From the NCBI GenBank assembly GCA_038087875.1, contig CM075989.1:3906001-3970000 (forward strand): a stretch of DNA of 64,000 nucleotides, in the 5' to 3' direction. Both the position numbers and the translations under genes were made by a program. Position 1 is the first letter of the stretch. Every line of letters begins with the position of its first letter. The DNA comes from Malacoraja senta. Lineage: Eukaryota. The notes beneath the pieces are model-generated. The model was not told the DNA's origin. It was given only the letters and a program-made list of their open reading frames with translations, and did no database searches. This document shows, one piece after another, positions 24,427-35,591 of the stretch.

Positions 24427-26040
24427 TTAATGAATTTTTTGCTTTTTCTTCAGTGCAATACGACAAAGTTTCTTCAGTGTTCCAACCACCAGCACAGTGA
24501 GCAGCAGTAACACAGACAACAGAAAGATCATCACATCTACACAATAGTAAGCGTACCAGGGGAGTCGGTGGGATTCTGAGCGCAAATGCCCCGCTCCTTT
24601 GTGTCGGGCAACGTACTCAACCCAGAAAACGGCTCTCTCCATTGGCGACTCTGGCTGGTCCCGATGGAGAGCGGAGAGTCTCTTCATGTTGTCCCCATAA
24701 GATGCGCCGTTTATCACCTCGTTGAGTGCCTGCAACAGATCTGTGGAGTGCATGGTTGCAATGTTGATCACTTTTGCTGCTCCTCGGGATTCAAGCTTGA
24801 GTAAATTGTCAATCTGGTCAAAAAGCAGAGGCATGCCGATCACTGGCACCCCATGGTAGATGGCTTCATAAATCCCATTGGTGCCTCCGTGTGAAACAAA
24901 GGCTCGTGTGTTGGGGTGACCCAGCAGGTCGTTCTGAGGGATCCATTTTGCTAGCAGTGTATTATTGCCTATAATGGGAGGGGTCTCACCATCATATCTC
25001 CAGATAACCTTCTGGTGGATTTGAGATAAAGCTTCTGCTATTTTCATTGTAATCTCCATTGGTAAAGAGTCGACAAGGGAACCCAATGACATTACAACAA
25101 GTCCATGTTTCCCTGAGCTTTGGACAAACTCCTCAAATTCTGCTGCCAGAGGCCGTGCTGGTTTACACTGGAAGCCTCCGATGTACACAATGTTTGGCAT
25201 GGTGGGTCTTGGGAATTCAAACACAAAATCCACCCTCATCAGCCACACATCAGCTCTGAGGAGAATCGACTTGATGTCCGTGTCTGGTCCCAGATACCGA
25301 TGGCAGATTTCATTATAAAGTGGATACACCAAAAACTCCGAAATCAAGTGTTGAAAGAGACTGTGAATTACATTTTCTGTTCTTTGGAGAAAATCCATTT
25401 TGTCTGTGAGAAGTGAGCCAGGAAGTGGGACGTAGGAAAGTGGTGACGGGGCAGTGAGAAAATGGGCTTCCCCACTGATCTGCCATCGAACGTTGTACAC
25501 CAGCGGCACTTTTAAATAATACGCAAGCATTGACCCAATGCCAAATACAGGATCTGTGAGTATTAGGTCAAAGTTTGCATTTTCAAATTGATTCAACAAG
25601 GTTTTGTTTTCAAAGATCGCCATGTGGAAATTTTGATAAAGGCTATGAAAATTGTACATAATCGTAACCATTAGATTTTGTAACATTATTTTGCCCCATA
25701 GTGTGTGACTGTTCTGTAACCTGTCCAGTGACATTAGCACACATTTTTCCATCATTTCTTTTCTTGAAGGGGCTACAAAGTTATCTTGTGCTTGAACTAT
25801 GATGGTTTGATACAGATCGGGTCTCTCTTTGATGTACCAGTTTGCGGAGAAACAAAGCACAGTGATGTTGTGGCCACGAAGGGTCAGCTCTTCGATTAGA
25901 ATTTTCATATTGATCCAGTGACTTCCATCAACAGGCACGACCAATATTCTAGCTGCTTGGGTAATTGGACAAGACAGGGCGAAGACGATACCAAGAACAA
26001 ATGTAACCTTTGATCTGCTTTTCCATCCAAGACCACCCAT
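24427..26040 (-). CDS. ugt5: UDP-glucuronosyltransferase, UGT5-like, single coding exon (537 aa)
   Basis: Signal peptide; ILVVPVDGSHWINM (catalytic His); LILTDP; UGT signature WIPQNDLLGHPNTRAFVSHGGTNGIYEAIYHGVPVIGMPLLFDQ; C-terminal TM helix and lysine-rich ER-retention tail. The intronless CDS fits the fish UGT5 family; the specific member is unresolved. Confidence 0.95.
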   Translation of the reverse strand: MGGLGWKSRSKVTFVLGIVFALSCPITQAARILVVPVDGSHWINMKILIEELTLRGHNITVLCFSANWYIKERPDLYQTIIVQAQDNFVAPSRKEMMEKCVLMSLDRLQNSHTLWGKIMLQNLMVTIMYNFHSLYQNFHMAIFENKTLLNQFENANFDLILTDPVFGIGSMLAYYLKVPLVYNVRWQISGEAHFLTAPSPLSYVPLPGSLLTDKMDFLQRTENVIHSLFQHLISEFLVYPLYNEICHRYLGPDTDIKSILLRADVWLMRVDFVFEFPRPTMPNIVYIGGFQCKPARPLAAEFEEFVQSSGKHGLVVMSLGSLVDSLPMEITMKIAEALSQIHQKVIWRYDGETPPIIGNNTLLAKWIPQNDLLGHPNTRAFVSHGGTNGIYEAIYHGVPVIGMPLLFDQIDNLLKLESRGAAKVINIATMHSTDLLQALNEVINGASYGDNMKRLSALHRDQPESPMERAVFWVEYVARHKGAGHLRSESHRLPWYAYYCVDVMIFLLSVLLLLTVLVVGTLKKLCRIALKKKQKIH

Positions 26041-26066
26041 GTTGAGGAAAGATGATCACACTGACC

Positions 26067-26100
26067 CTGTGGTAAAATTGGCTAGAAATGTTGGTAAGTG
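26067..26100 (-). promoter_or_regulatory. 3' splice acceptor of a 5'-UTR intron of the first UGT
   Basis: Minus strand TACCAAC...ttttaccacAG ends 26 nt before the ATG, the same spacing as in the paralog. Confidence 0.7.
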
Positions 26101-26369
26101 ACAAACATTGGCAAAAAGAGAATAAAGACACAAAGTGCTGGAGTACCTCAGAGAGGTAACTCATCACTTCAGGGATAGATTACATGTTCATAAATTCTCA
26201 GGGCAGAATTAGGCCAATCGGCCCATCAAATCTACTCTGGCATTCAATCATGGCTGATCTGTCTTTCCCTCTCAACCCCATTCTCCCGCCGTCACCCCAT
26301 TACCCTTTGACATCCGAAACATGACCTGTTCACGTTCACCATAGATGCTGCCTGACCCGCTGAGTTAGT

Positions 26370-26570
26370 CGGCAACCCGTTTCCTCCCACATCCCAAAGA
26401 CATGCAGGTTTGTAGGTTAATTGGCCTCTGTAAATTGCCTCAAGTGTGGAGAGAGTGGATGGGAAATTGAGATCATACAGAACGAGCATGACCGAGTGAT
26501 CGATGGTTGGCATGGACTCGGTGGGGCAAAGGGACTGCTTCCATGCTGTATCTCTAAACAAAACTAAACT
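26370..26570 (+). mobile_element. HE1-like V-SINE 3' part
   Basis: tttcctcccacatcccaaagac...gtatctctaaac tail. Confidence 0.7.
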
Positions 26571-26829
26571 AATTTGCAATAGGGGGGAGTAAAAGGATTT
26601 TAATTGTTGTGCAATATTTCTCCAAAAGCTTAAGGCCACCTTTCATTTTCCAATTGAGAGTTCAGTGTATTTTGAAGGAAATAAATATGTACATAATTTC
26701 TAGGAGAAGAATTAGGCCATTTGGCCCATCAAGTCCACTCTGCCATTCAATCATGACTGATCTATCTTTCCCCCTAAACACCATTATCTTTTTTGACGTC
26801 ATTTAGCCTGACATCGCTGGTGGGGAAGA

Positions 26830-28385
26830 TGCTGGAATCAATTATAAAAGATGAAATAGTGGCACATTTGGATAGCAGTAACAGGGTCGGTACAAGTCAG
26901 CATGGATTTACGAAGGGGAAATCATTGTTGTCTAATCTTCTGGAATTTTTGGGGATGTAACTAGGAAAATAATAACATATTTTATTGTCATTGCACATAT
27001 GTGCAACGAGATTTGGTATGCATCTTCCATCCGATATCATAACTTAAACAACTAATAAAATTTAGATTTAGATACCCCGAGAAACATTTATAACAAGAAC
27101 AGTAAAACAGTGAAACAGTCAAAACAGTCTAAAGTGCAAATGAGTCTGTGCCGGGTCGATGTGCAACATGAGCATCCGAGGGACATGCCAGTGGATGTTG
27201 TGTTCCTGGAGTTTCAGAAAGTCCTTGATAAGGTACCACATAAGAGATTAGTGGGCAAAATTGGAGCACTTGGTATTGGAGGTAAAGTACTGACAAGGAT
27301 AGAAAATTGGTTGGCAGACAGGAAACAAAGAGTAGGGATAAACGATTCCCTTTCAGAATGGCAGGCAGTGACTAGTGCGGTATCACAAGGCTCAGTGCTG
27401 GGCCGCAGCTATTTACAATATATATTAATGATTTAGATGAAGGGATTAAAAGTAACATTAGCAAATTTGCAGATGACACAAAGCTGGGTGGCAGTGTGAA
27501 CTGTGAGGAAGATGCTATGAGGATGCAGGGTGACTTGGACAGTTTGGGTGAGTGGACAGATGCAGTTTAATGTGGATAAATGTGAAGTTATTCACTTTGG
27601 TGGCAAGAACAGGAAGGCAGATTATTGAATGGTGTCAAGTTAGGAAAAGGTGAGGTACAATGAGATCTGGGGGTCCTTGTCCATCAGTCACTGAAAGTAA
27701 GCATGCAGGTACAGCAAGCAGTGAAGAAAGCTAAAGGCATGTTGGCCTTCATGACAAGAGGAGTTGAGTATAGGAGCAAAGAGGTCTTTCTGCATTTGTC
27801 AAGTGCCCAAGTAAGACCACACCTGGATTTTACTTCGGAGTCACGTGAGTGACTACGTGAAGAAGACCCCGTCCAGCCGCATACGCGTCATTATCGATCA
27901 GACGCATAGCGTTCATGACCGTGTGTGGAGGAGCAGGAGCTCCTCCAGCCGGTGAGTAAAACAAAAGTAAAACAAAAGTCGGAAGGTAAGTGGGTTACTT
28001 TTCACTTACAGGAGCGTTTCCTTCCCGTTTAGACTTGTTTGGTGGAGCTCCACTCAAGTTTATTATGGAGAAATGGGAAGGAGAGGCGGCCAGGGACGCA
28101 CCGTAGTAAAACCCCAGATCCTAAGGGTAGTGGGCGTCAGTCAGGGGAGTCAGTGGCAGCGAAGCCATTAACTCCCGTTGTGGTCGAATGTGCTGTTAAA
28201 CCGCCGGCGGTGGGGCGCAAGGCTGAGGAAGGACATTCTAGCTATTGAGGGAGTGCAGCATAGGTTCACCAGGTTAATTCCCGGGATGGCGGGGCTATCA
28301 TATGCTGAGAGAATGGAGCGACTGGGCTTGTATACACTGGAATTTAGAAGGGTGAGAGGGGATCTTATTGAAACATATAAGATTA
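26830..28385 (+). mobile_element. CR1/HER1-like LINE RT region with nested insertions (short retroposon tail about 26970-27175, DIRS end, Helitron)
   Basis: SQHGF, FQK..DKVPH, VTS.V.QGSVLG, FADDTK and RRVRGDLIETYKI motifs in order. Confidence 0.85.
27828..28221 (+). mobile_element. DIRS1 left-terminal fragment inside a CR1
   Basis: TTTTACTTCGGAGTCACGTGAGTGACTACGTGAAGA at 27828, followed by a leader similar to 63190-63450; the CR1 resumes at ctgaggaaggacattc. Confidence 0.8.
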
Positions 28386-29185
28386 CTAGACTAAGTGGGA
28401 CCCGTTGGGTCCCAGCTTCACACGGGAGGGCTGGTCCCCCAATGCAATATTCCACCTCTCCATCAATTCCGATATTGGTGGCCAGTGTGCGAGGGGGAGG
28501 AGGCTTTCTGGAGCGCTAGTGTGGGTGTTGTGGCTGAAGGGACTGGTTTCCAGAGGGCTAGTATGAACATTGTGGGCCGAATGGATTCTTGGGCTGGTGG
28601 CTCAGTCACTCAAGCCTGGTGTGCTGGCAGCTCACTCACTCAAGGCTGGTGGGCTGGCAGTTCACTCACGGCTATTCCTTGAAATGCCACTTCAAGCAGG
28701 GTGCAAGGCCACCAAATTCAAGTGCAGTTTCCTGCCACTTCAAGCAGGGTGCAAGGTCATCAAATTCGAGTGCAGTGTCATACCACTTCAAGATGGGTAC
28801 AATACCACCAAATTCGAGTGCAGTGTCATACCACTTCAAGCAGGGTGCAAGGCCACCAAATTCGAGTGCAGTTTCCTACCACTTCAAGCAGGGTGCAAGG
28901 CCACCAAATTCGAGTGCAGTTTCATACCACTTCAAGCACGGTGCAAGGCCACAAAATTCGAGTGCAGTTTCCTACCACTTCAAGCAGGGTGCTCGGCCAC
29001 AAAATTCGAGTGCAGTTTCCTACCACTTCAAGCAGGGTGCAAGGCCACCAAATTCAAATGCAGTTTCATACCATTTCAAGCAGTGTGCAAGGCCACTAAA
29101 GACATAGAGTCGTGACCTCCCTCCCCCTTCTTGCAGAGACTGAGCCACGCTCACACTTCCAGGTTTTAGAGTCCCTCCCTCCCAC
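28386..29185 (-). mobile_element. non-autonomous Helitron, 3' end retained, with a 48-bp minisatellite
   Basis: CTAG at 28386-28389; perfect hairpin TGGGACCC-GTT-GGGTCCCA at 28396-28414; inserted after an A within a CR1. Confidence 0.8.
28687..29100. repeat. 48-bp minisatellite, 8 full units plus a partial unit
   Basis: Same unit as 20913-21229. Confidence 0.95.
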
Positions 29186-29297
29186 TTTTAGCAAGCATTT
29201 TCAAACCAAAACATACTTGACTAAATCAAATGTGTGCACTGGATGTATTCTGAAATGTAATTGAGTCTGGACGACAAGCAACATAAAGATGTAAACA

Positions 29298-29600
29298 TAA
29301 AGATAGACACAAAAACCTGGAGAAACTCAGCGGGTCAGGCAGCATTTCTGGAGAAAAAGGAATAGGTAACGCTTCAGGTTGCAACCCTTCATTATACATA
29401 AAATGCCGGAGTAACTAAGCAGGTCGTCAGTATCTCTGGAGAAAAAGAATAGGTCATGTTTTGGGTCAGAACCCTTTAGACTTGTTCACTCCTGAAATGT
29501 CACCCATCCCTTTTCTCCAGAAATGTTGCCTGACCCGCTGAGCTACTCCAGCATTTTGTTCCGACCTTCGGTGTAAACCAGTATCTGCAGTTCCTTCCTA
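29298..29600. mobile_element. degenerate Penelope-derived foldback terminal repeats
   Basis: agacacaaaa..ctggag..aactcagcggg arms plus the inverted tgacccgctgagctactccagca...ctgcagttccttcc. Confidence 0.65.
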
Positions 29601-30519
29601 TTCAACGTGTGCGGTACGATACAATTACATGTTATTCATCGCCGGAGGGAAATTGGTTTGCCAACAGTCACAACACACAAGGTACACAAAAACTTGAAAT
29701 TAAAAGTGCAAAAAAAGAAAAGGACAAGCGACTGTTGGCTGGCTGCCGTGTGCACAACGCCTTCACCGGAATAAACAACCAACCAACCAACAAACAAACA
29801 AACGCAGGGTTATTCCCTGGGCAGAGGATTCTAAAACTAAAGCCCCCCCCCCCCACCTGGTCCCCCTTTGTAAACATGATTTGGAAGCAGGAATAGTCCA
29901 CTCAACCAGAGGGATAGGTTGGAACAGGAATGTGGAACAACAGATACGGCAGGTTCTACTGGTTCAAGGAGCAAGAACTTGCAACACACAGAGCAGTGTC
30001 ACACGCAATGGTGGAATGGTAAATTGTAACTTTGTAGATGCAAACGTTTTAGCGGAATGATCAGAGAAACAGATCTTCCACCAGAATGACCTGTGATGGC
30101 CAACAGGTCATTTGCTGATTTGGGATGCCATGTAATGGTTGTCCATTTCAGGGTGAGAATGGGACACACCTGCACTACTCACCTGTAGCATTCAAATATA
30201 TTTAGCTACAGCACAGTGTTCTGCTCTGACTTGACTTTTGGTCGGCAAATACATACGGGTTCACGGATTGAGAACGGCTCTGGAAAGTATGGTTAGGAAG
30301 GAACTGCAGATGCTGGTTTACACCGAAGATGGACACAAAATGCTGGAGTAACTCAGCGGGACAGGCAGCATCTCGAGTTCTGCATGGGTGGAGGAGGCAG
30401 CCTCGATGCTGTCGTCAATGTGGAGAAACAGTTGGGGATGGTGCCAGTGTACGCCTGGTTCAAGGACTATTTGACATAGCAGGCACAGCTGTAATCCATG
30501 CGAATGCGAGTACCAATAG

Positions 30520-30802
30520 TTTTAAGAGAGACAGCTTGGAAACAGGCCCATCAGTCCACCGAGGCCACGCCGACCAGTGATCACGCCGTACACTAGCGCT
30601 ATCCTCCACACTCTGGACAATTCACATTTTGCAGAAGCCAATAAACCTACAAACCTGCACGTGTGGGAGGAAACCGGAGCATGCGGGGAAAACCTACCCA
30701 GGTCACAGGGAGAACGTACAAACAGCACCCGTAGTCAGGATTGAACCCGGGTCTCTGTCGCTGTCAGGCAGTAACTCTACCGCTACCTCACTGTGCCGCC
30801 GT
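30520..30802 (-). mobile_element. HE1-like V-SINE
   Basis: Reverse complement of the SINE consensus, ending in gtgccgcc. Confidence 0.8.
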
Positions 30803-31063
30803 GCCAAACATGAGACGTGAAGAAAGTGAGAGGAGTCAACAGAGAGGTTGTTGAGGGTGAGGACAGATTTCGGAAGGTGGAGGAGAGTGTAGAGGAGAAC
30901 CGATTTAGTTTCTGTTCAAGGAAGACCGGGGAACGGTGGAATATATTGATCGTCCATGCTGAGGCAATGGGGACCTAGGAATTGAAAGTTATTGAAGTGT
31001 TGAAGAGCTTGTGAGGTGTCTCATATGTAAGTCGGAAGGGACTGGACAAAGGGGGGACAAGGT

Positions 31064-31400
31064 AGTTTAATTTAGTTTAGTTCAGAGATACAGCACGGAA
31101 ACAGGCCCTTCGGCCCACCTAGTCCATGCCGATCAGCGATCCCCACACAATGACACTATCCCACACGCATTTAGGGACCATTTAGAATGTTACCAGGCTA
31201 ATTAACCTCCACGTCTTTGGAGGGTAGGAGGAAACCTGAACGTCTTTGGAGGGTAAGAGGAAACCGGAGCAGCCGGAGGAAACCCACGCAGGTCACGGGG
31301 AGAACGTTCAATCCGTACAGACTGCACCCATAGTCAGAATTGAACCTGGGTCTCTGGCGCTGTAAGGCATCAACTCTACCGCTGCCACACCGTGCCGCCC
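31064..31400 (-). mobile_element. HE1-like V-SINE
   Basis: (gttta)n tail, V-core and caccgtgccgccc head. Confidence 0.82.
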
Positions 31401-31932
31401 CTGAATTGAGGAATTTGGAGATGAGATCTGTGGGGCCGGCGCATGCAGAAACAATGGGTCTGCCAGGGCAGTCCTGTTTGTGGATTTTAGAATGAAGACA
31501 GACACAAAATGCTGGAGTAACTCAGCGGGACAGGCAGCATCTCTGGAGAGAAGGAATGGGTGACGTTCCCTGTCGAGACCCTTCTTTAGACTGAGAGTCA
31601 CGGGAGAGGGAGACAGGAGACGGTATATAGAGCGATATAAAACTAATGAATTTGAGATATGCAAAAAAGTAATGATGGAAGTGTAAGCTGTGAAAAAGGA
31701 GGCATCAAAGGGGACGGATATCAAGGAAGGTTGTATGGAATTAGGGAACTGTAACATTGGAGTCTGTGCTTGAGTCTGTGGCGTCTTGGCCAATGCGGAG
31801 GTGTGGGAGCTGGCGCCTGGACTCAGCACGGTAGGATGAAGTGGTTTAGCGATTAAGCTAGTTTATAGCAGCATTACCCTAATCGGGATTGTTAAAACAG
31901 CTCTCATTCTTCATCAGAGATCAAAACATGGG

Positions 31933-32013
31933 ATAGACACAAAAAGCTGGAGTATCTCAGCGGGCCAGGCAACATCTCTGGAGAAAATGAACAGCTCGAG
32001 ACACTTCTTCAGA
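31933..32013 (-). mobile_element. Penelope-derived mini-insertion with 11-bp TSD
   Basis: CAAAACATGGG at 31922-31932 and 32014-32024; partially deleted hammerhead core. Confidence 0.7.
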
Positions 32014-32168
32014 CAAAACATGGGCTTCAGTTTAAAGCAAGTTAAAGTAAAAACACAGTCAAATGGGCCAGGAATGGAATATTGGATCTGGAATATTGAC
32101 TATTGAGTGAAATCTGGGGAGTAGAAATGTGTGTGTATGGAGGATACAAAATATATGTGTTGAGATAA

Positions 32169-32265
32169 GGGTCTGAAGAAGGGTTTCGGCCCGAAACGTT
32201 GCCTATTTCCTTCGCTCCATAGATGCTGCTGCACCCGCTGAGTTACTCCAGCATTTTTGTGTACC
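32169..32265 (+). mobile_element. 97-bp hammerhead-bearing Penelope-derived insertion with 13-bp TSD
   Basis: TSD TGTGTTGAGATAA at 32156-32168 and 32266-32278; insert starts GGGT-CTGAAGA-AGGGTTTCGGCCC-GAAACGTT-GCC. Confidence 0.85.
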
Positions 32266-33288
32266 TGTGTTGAGATAATATCGAGTATGAAAAAAATAAG
32301 TTCTCGGCAAGTTTGTTCAAGATAAAAATGAAAATGTAATATTGCTATTGGTTGCCGAAACTGTAACTAGAAAGCATGCTTTGATACAACACAGAGATGG
32401 TGGAGAATTTGGAAGTGTTTTCAATTTACATACCTTGGGTTTCAGTGAATTCGGTGTAATCTGAATGTCAGAAAGATGTGACTGCGTTGGGACTTGAACC
32501 CGCGGCTGAATAACCAGTGAAACAATCTCCTTCACTGGAGCCTGGGACTCTGCGACCGCTTCCAGTCCCCGCCAGAAAACAAAACGCCGCCCCCCTCACA
32601 CCTTGCTCACCTGCCCGCGAGTAACACAGGAAAATATTTACGGACAAATACAACACCAAAGTACCCGCCCCCAAACTGTATCCAAAAATAACCGCAAGTA
32701 TGAAAGTTCATTTGGTCAATACAATCGCGATGGAAGTTTCCTTTCCAATGTCGCTGAGATTTCAATCACGGGAAAGTTGATGGGGACAAAGTCTAAGATG
32801 ACGTTTGGTTGTGTAATGTTTGCTTTGATGCGTTTATTTTTCATTCCGAGCTGCATAACATGTTTGGTAGGCAATATTTTTTGTTGGTAAGGACAAATTC
32901 AGTTGACTTGTTGCCTCGGAGTCAACACAAGGTTCAACCTCCTGACTTTGTCACCTTAGACTTCCAGGAATACAAACGGATGAAGCGATTTTTACATTTC
33001 CTTAATAAAAATATCAATGAACCAGATGGATTTTATAACAATCCAGAGATTGCATGGGCTTTACATCCAAAAGTTGCTTGGCAGTAGAGAGTAGTGTTGG
33101 ATGAGTTTTTGTTTTGACTGGGGCACTGTGACCAGTGTTGCTCCACAGGGAACAGTGCTGGGACCTTTACTGTTTGTGAATATATAAATGATTTGGATAT
33201 ATAAATTATAAATGATTTGGTGGATTGATTAGTAAGTTTGCTGACAACACAAAAATTGGGCAGTTTACAAACCCAGCAGGATGAGTAT

Positions 33289-33596
33289 TTTAGTTTCGTT
33301 TAGAGGTACCGTGCGGAAACAGGTCCTTCGGTCCATTGAGTTCGCGCAACCAATGATCCCTCCACATTAACACTATCCTACACACGAAGGACAACTCCCA
33401 ATTTTCACCGAAGCCAATTAGCTCACAAACCTGTACATCTTTGGAATGTAGGAGGAAGCCGGAGCACCTGGAGAATTCCCATGCGGTCACAGGGAGAACG
33501 TACACACTCCACACAGACAGCACCCGTAGTCAGTATCAAACCCAAGTCTCTGGCGCTGTAGGGCAGCAACTCTACCGCTGCGCCACCGTGCCGCCC
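33289..33596 (-). mobile_element. HE1-like V-SINE
   Basis: Full head (gcgccaccgtgccgccc), V-core and tail on the minus strand. Confidence 0.82.
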
Positions 33597-33666
33597 TCTA
33601 TTAATATCGATATCTCGCATCTGAATGGATATTTTTAAGGTGGAAAATGGCAGATTCTTGATTATT

Positions 33667-34360
33667 AGAGTCCTCATCTTGAACAACGGATACAGTAGAT
33701 GAGGTTGGAGGAGGTGCAAGTGAACCTCTGTCTAGCCTGAAAGGACTGTCGGGGTCCCTGGACAGAGTCGAGGGAGGTGGTATTGGGACAGGTGTTGCAC
33801 CTTCTGTGGGTGACTGACAACTCATTTTTAAAAGATGTACCCAGCATTATGAAATGTCATATTTTGCTTGGGCAGCTGACAACCCAGCAGTATGAATATT
33901 GATTTCTCTAACTTCAAGTAACCCTTGCATCCCCTCTCTGTGTCCATTCCCCACCCTTGTTGTACTAGTTTCACTGTCGTCCTGCTGAGTTTCACTGTTT
34001 GCATTATTCATTATCACATTCCCCAAAGCCAACAATGGACCATTGTGGGCTCAATCTTTCCTGGATTGTCTTTGCTGACTCTGATCAGTCTTTTTGCATA
34101 TCGCTCATTTATTCATTCTATGTACCTTTTCATATCTCTCGGTTCCCTCTCCGCTGACTCTCAGTCAGAAGATAGACACAAAAAGCTGGAGTAACTCAGC
34201 GGGACAAGCAGCATCTCAGTTCAGAGCGAACAGGTGATGTTTCGGGACCAGACCCTTCTTCAGACTCAAGAAGTCTATCGACCCGAAATGTCACCTATTC
34301 CTTTTCTCCATATACAGTATGTTGCCTGACCCGCTAAGTTACTCCAGTTTTTTTGTGTCT
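33667..34360. mobile_element. TSD-flanked near-identical copy of the Penelope composite at 22659-23351
   Basis: Near-identical sequence including the inversion junctions; TSD AGATTCTTGATTATT at 33652-33666 and 34361-34375, within a CR1 tail. Confidence 0.88.
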
Positions 34361-35591
34361 AGATTCTTGATTATTGCGGGTGTCAGGGGATTTGGGGAGA
34401 AGGCAGGTGAAAGCAAAGATCCTATAGCGGAGCAAATTAGGCCACTCCTGCGAAATGCAATGGGCTGACGTGTTGTACGCAACGGAGCGGAACGTGGGCC
34501 TTTTGTTCGTCCATTTCAGTAACCGGACCGACCCGACTCGCAGTGTAATCAGCGTTGCGGGGGAACAGTTTGTGTGTGTGATATAGGGTTAGATTCATAA
34601 TTCTGTTAGTTCATAATTCTGTTAAAGAGTAAAATGTTTATAAATTTTGACTGTTAATTTTCTTTTTTTAATGTTTTTTAAATCCTTTCTTTTTAATGGC
34701 TCATGTGCTGTGTTTGAGTTGATTTTGTATTACACTTGCACTCTGTAATTCATTCATCTAATCACACTGTTCACAACTGAAGTATTTGGGAAAATAATAG
34801 CAATATGAAGATTCCAGTTGCTCTACCCCTGGAATGTTCTTTAATGTTTTTGTGTCTTTGGAGTTGTTTCTCAACAATAAAATGGGTCTGGTCTACCCAA
34901 TAGCCAGAGAGTGAAATGAGATCTGTCTGTAATGGTGGAGTTATCTTAATTAAGTTTTTCACAAAATTAAATTTGTTTTTAGCAAGATTTACAAATGATG
35001 TATAACTTAAGGATGGTTTTATTCAGCGAGCATACAACTGATTAGATTGTGCTGGAAAGAACACACATACATGAATGTGATATAGATGTATATATAATCA
35101 TATAACACACACATTTACATTTCTTCTGATTTTTATTTCCAATGATGAACTTTATTTCAGACTAGACAAGGGGCAATATTAAACAAAAAAACATTGTTTT
35201 TTTAATTTATTTTTTAAATTTTTATTTATTAGAAGTACATTACATTACAACCAATTACATTAGTACTCATCACGTATATCTTATTACAAGTAATGTACTC
35301 CGTCATTTTTTACACTGATAAAAAGGAAAGGTTGAGATTAAGAAAAAAGAGAAAGTGAAGGAAAATAGTGAAGGTGTAAAAACGTGACAACAAGAAAGAA
35401 CAGAGACCCTGTAGAAAAGAAATTAAAAAGAAAGGATTAAGAGATAGACCCTAAAGAAGAAAAAAAAAGAGAGAGGAAAAAAGAGAAAAACAAATACTTT
35501 GTTATAAGCATCACGCAAATGGGATATACCAACTCTCCAGCTTTCATCCCCCTTTACCTGACCTCAGTTTTTTTTAAAGTACTTTTGCGCC

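Noticed and set aside
20913..29100. 48-bp arrays as CRISPR arrays or repeat-protein genes
   Set aside because: Units are head-to-tail with no unique spacers, there are no cas genes and the context is eukaryotic. The ORFs follow from a stop-free unit whose length is divisible by three, and lack clear gene structure.
32540..32630. GC-rich patch with a minus-strand donor (CAG/GTGAGC) as first exon of the first UGT
   Set aside because: One of several donor-like sites, with no paralog or expression support.
33560..33596. tRNA-like sequences at SINE heads
   Set aside because: They run directly into the V-SINE core and tail; they are SINE heads, not tRNA genes.
34771..34962. Minus ORF as the transposase C-terminus of the THAP element
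   Set aside because: The position is plausible, but no motif could be confirmed by eye.
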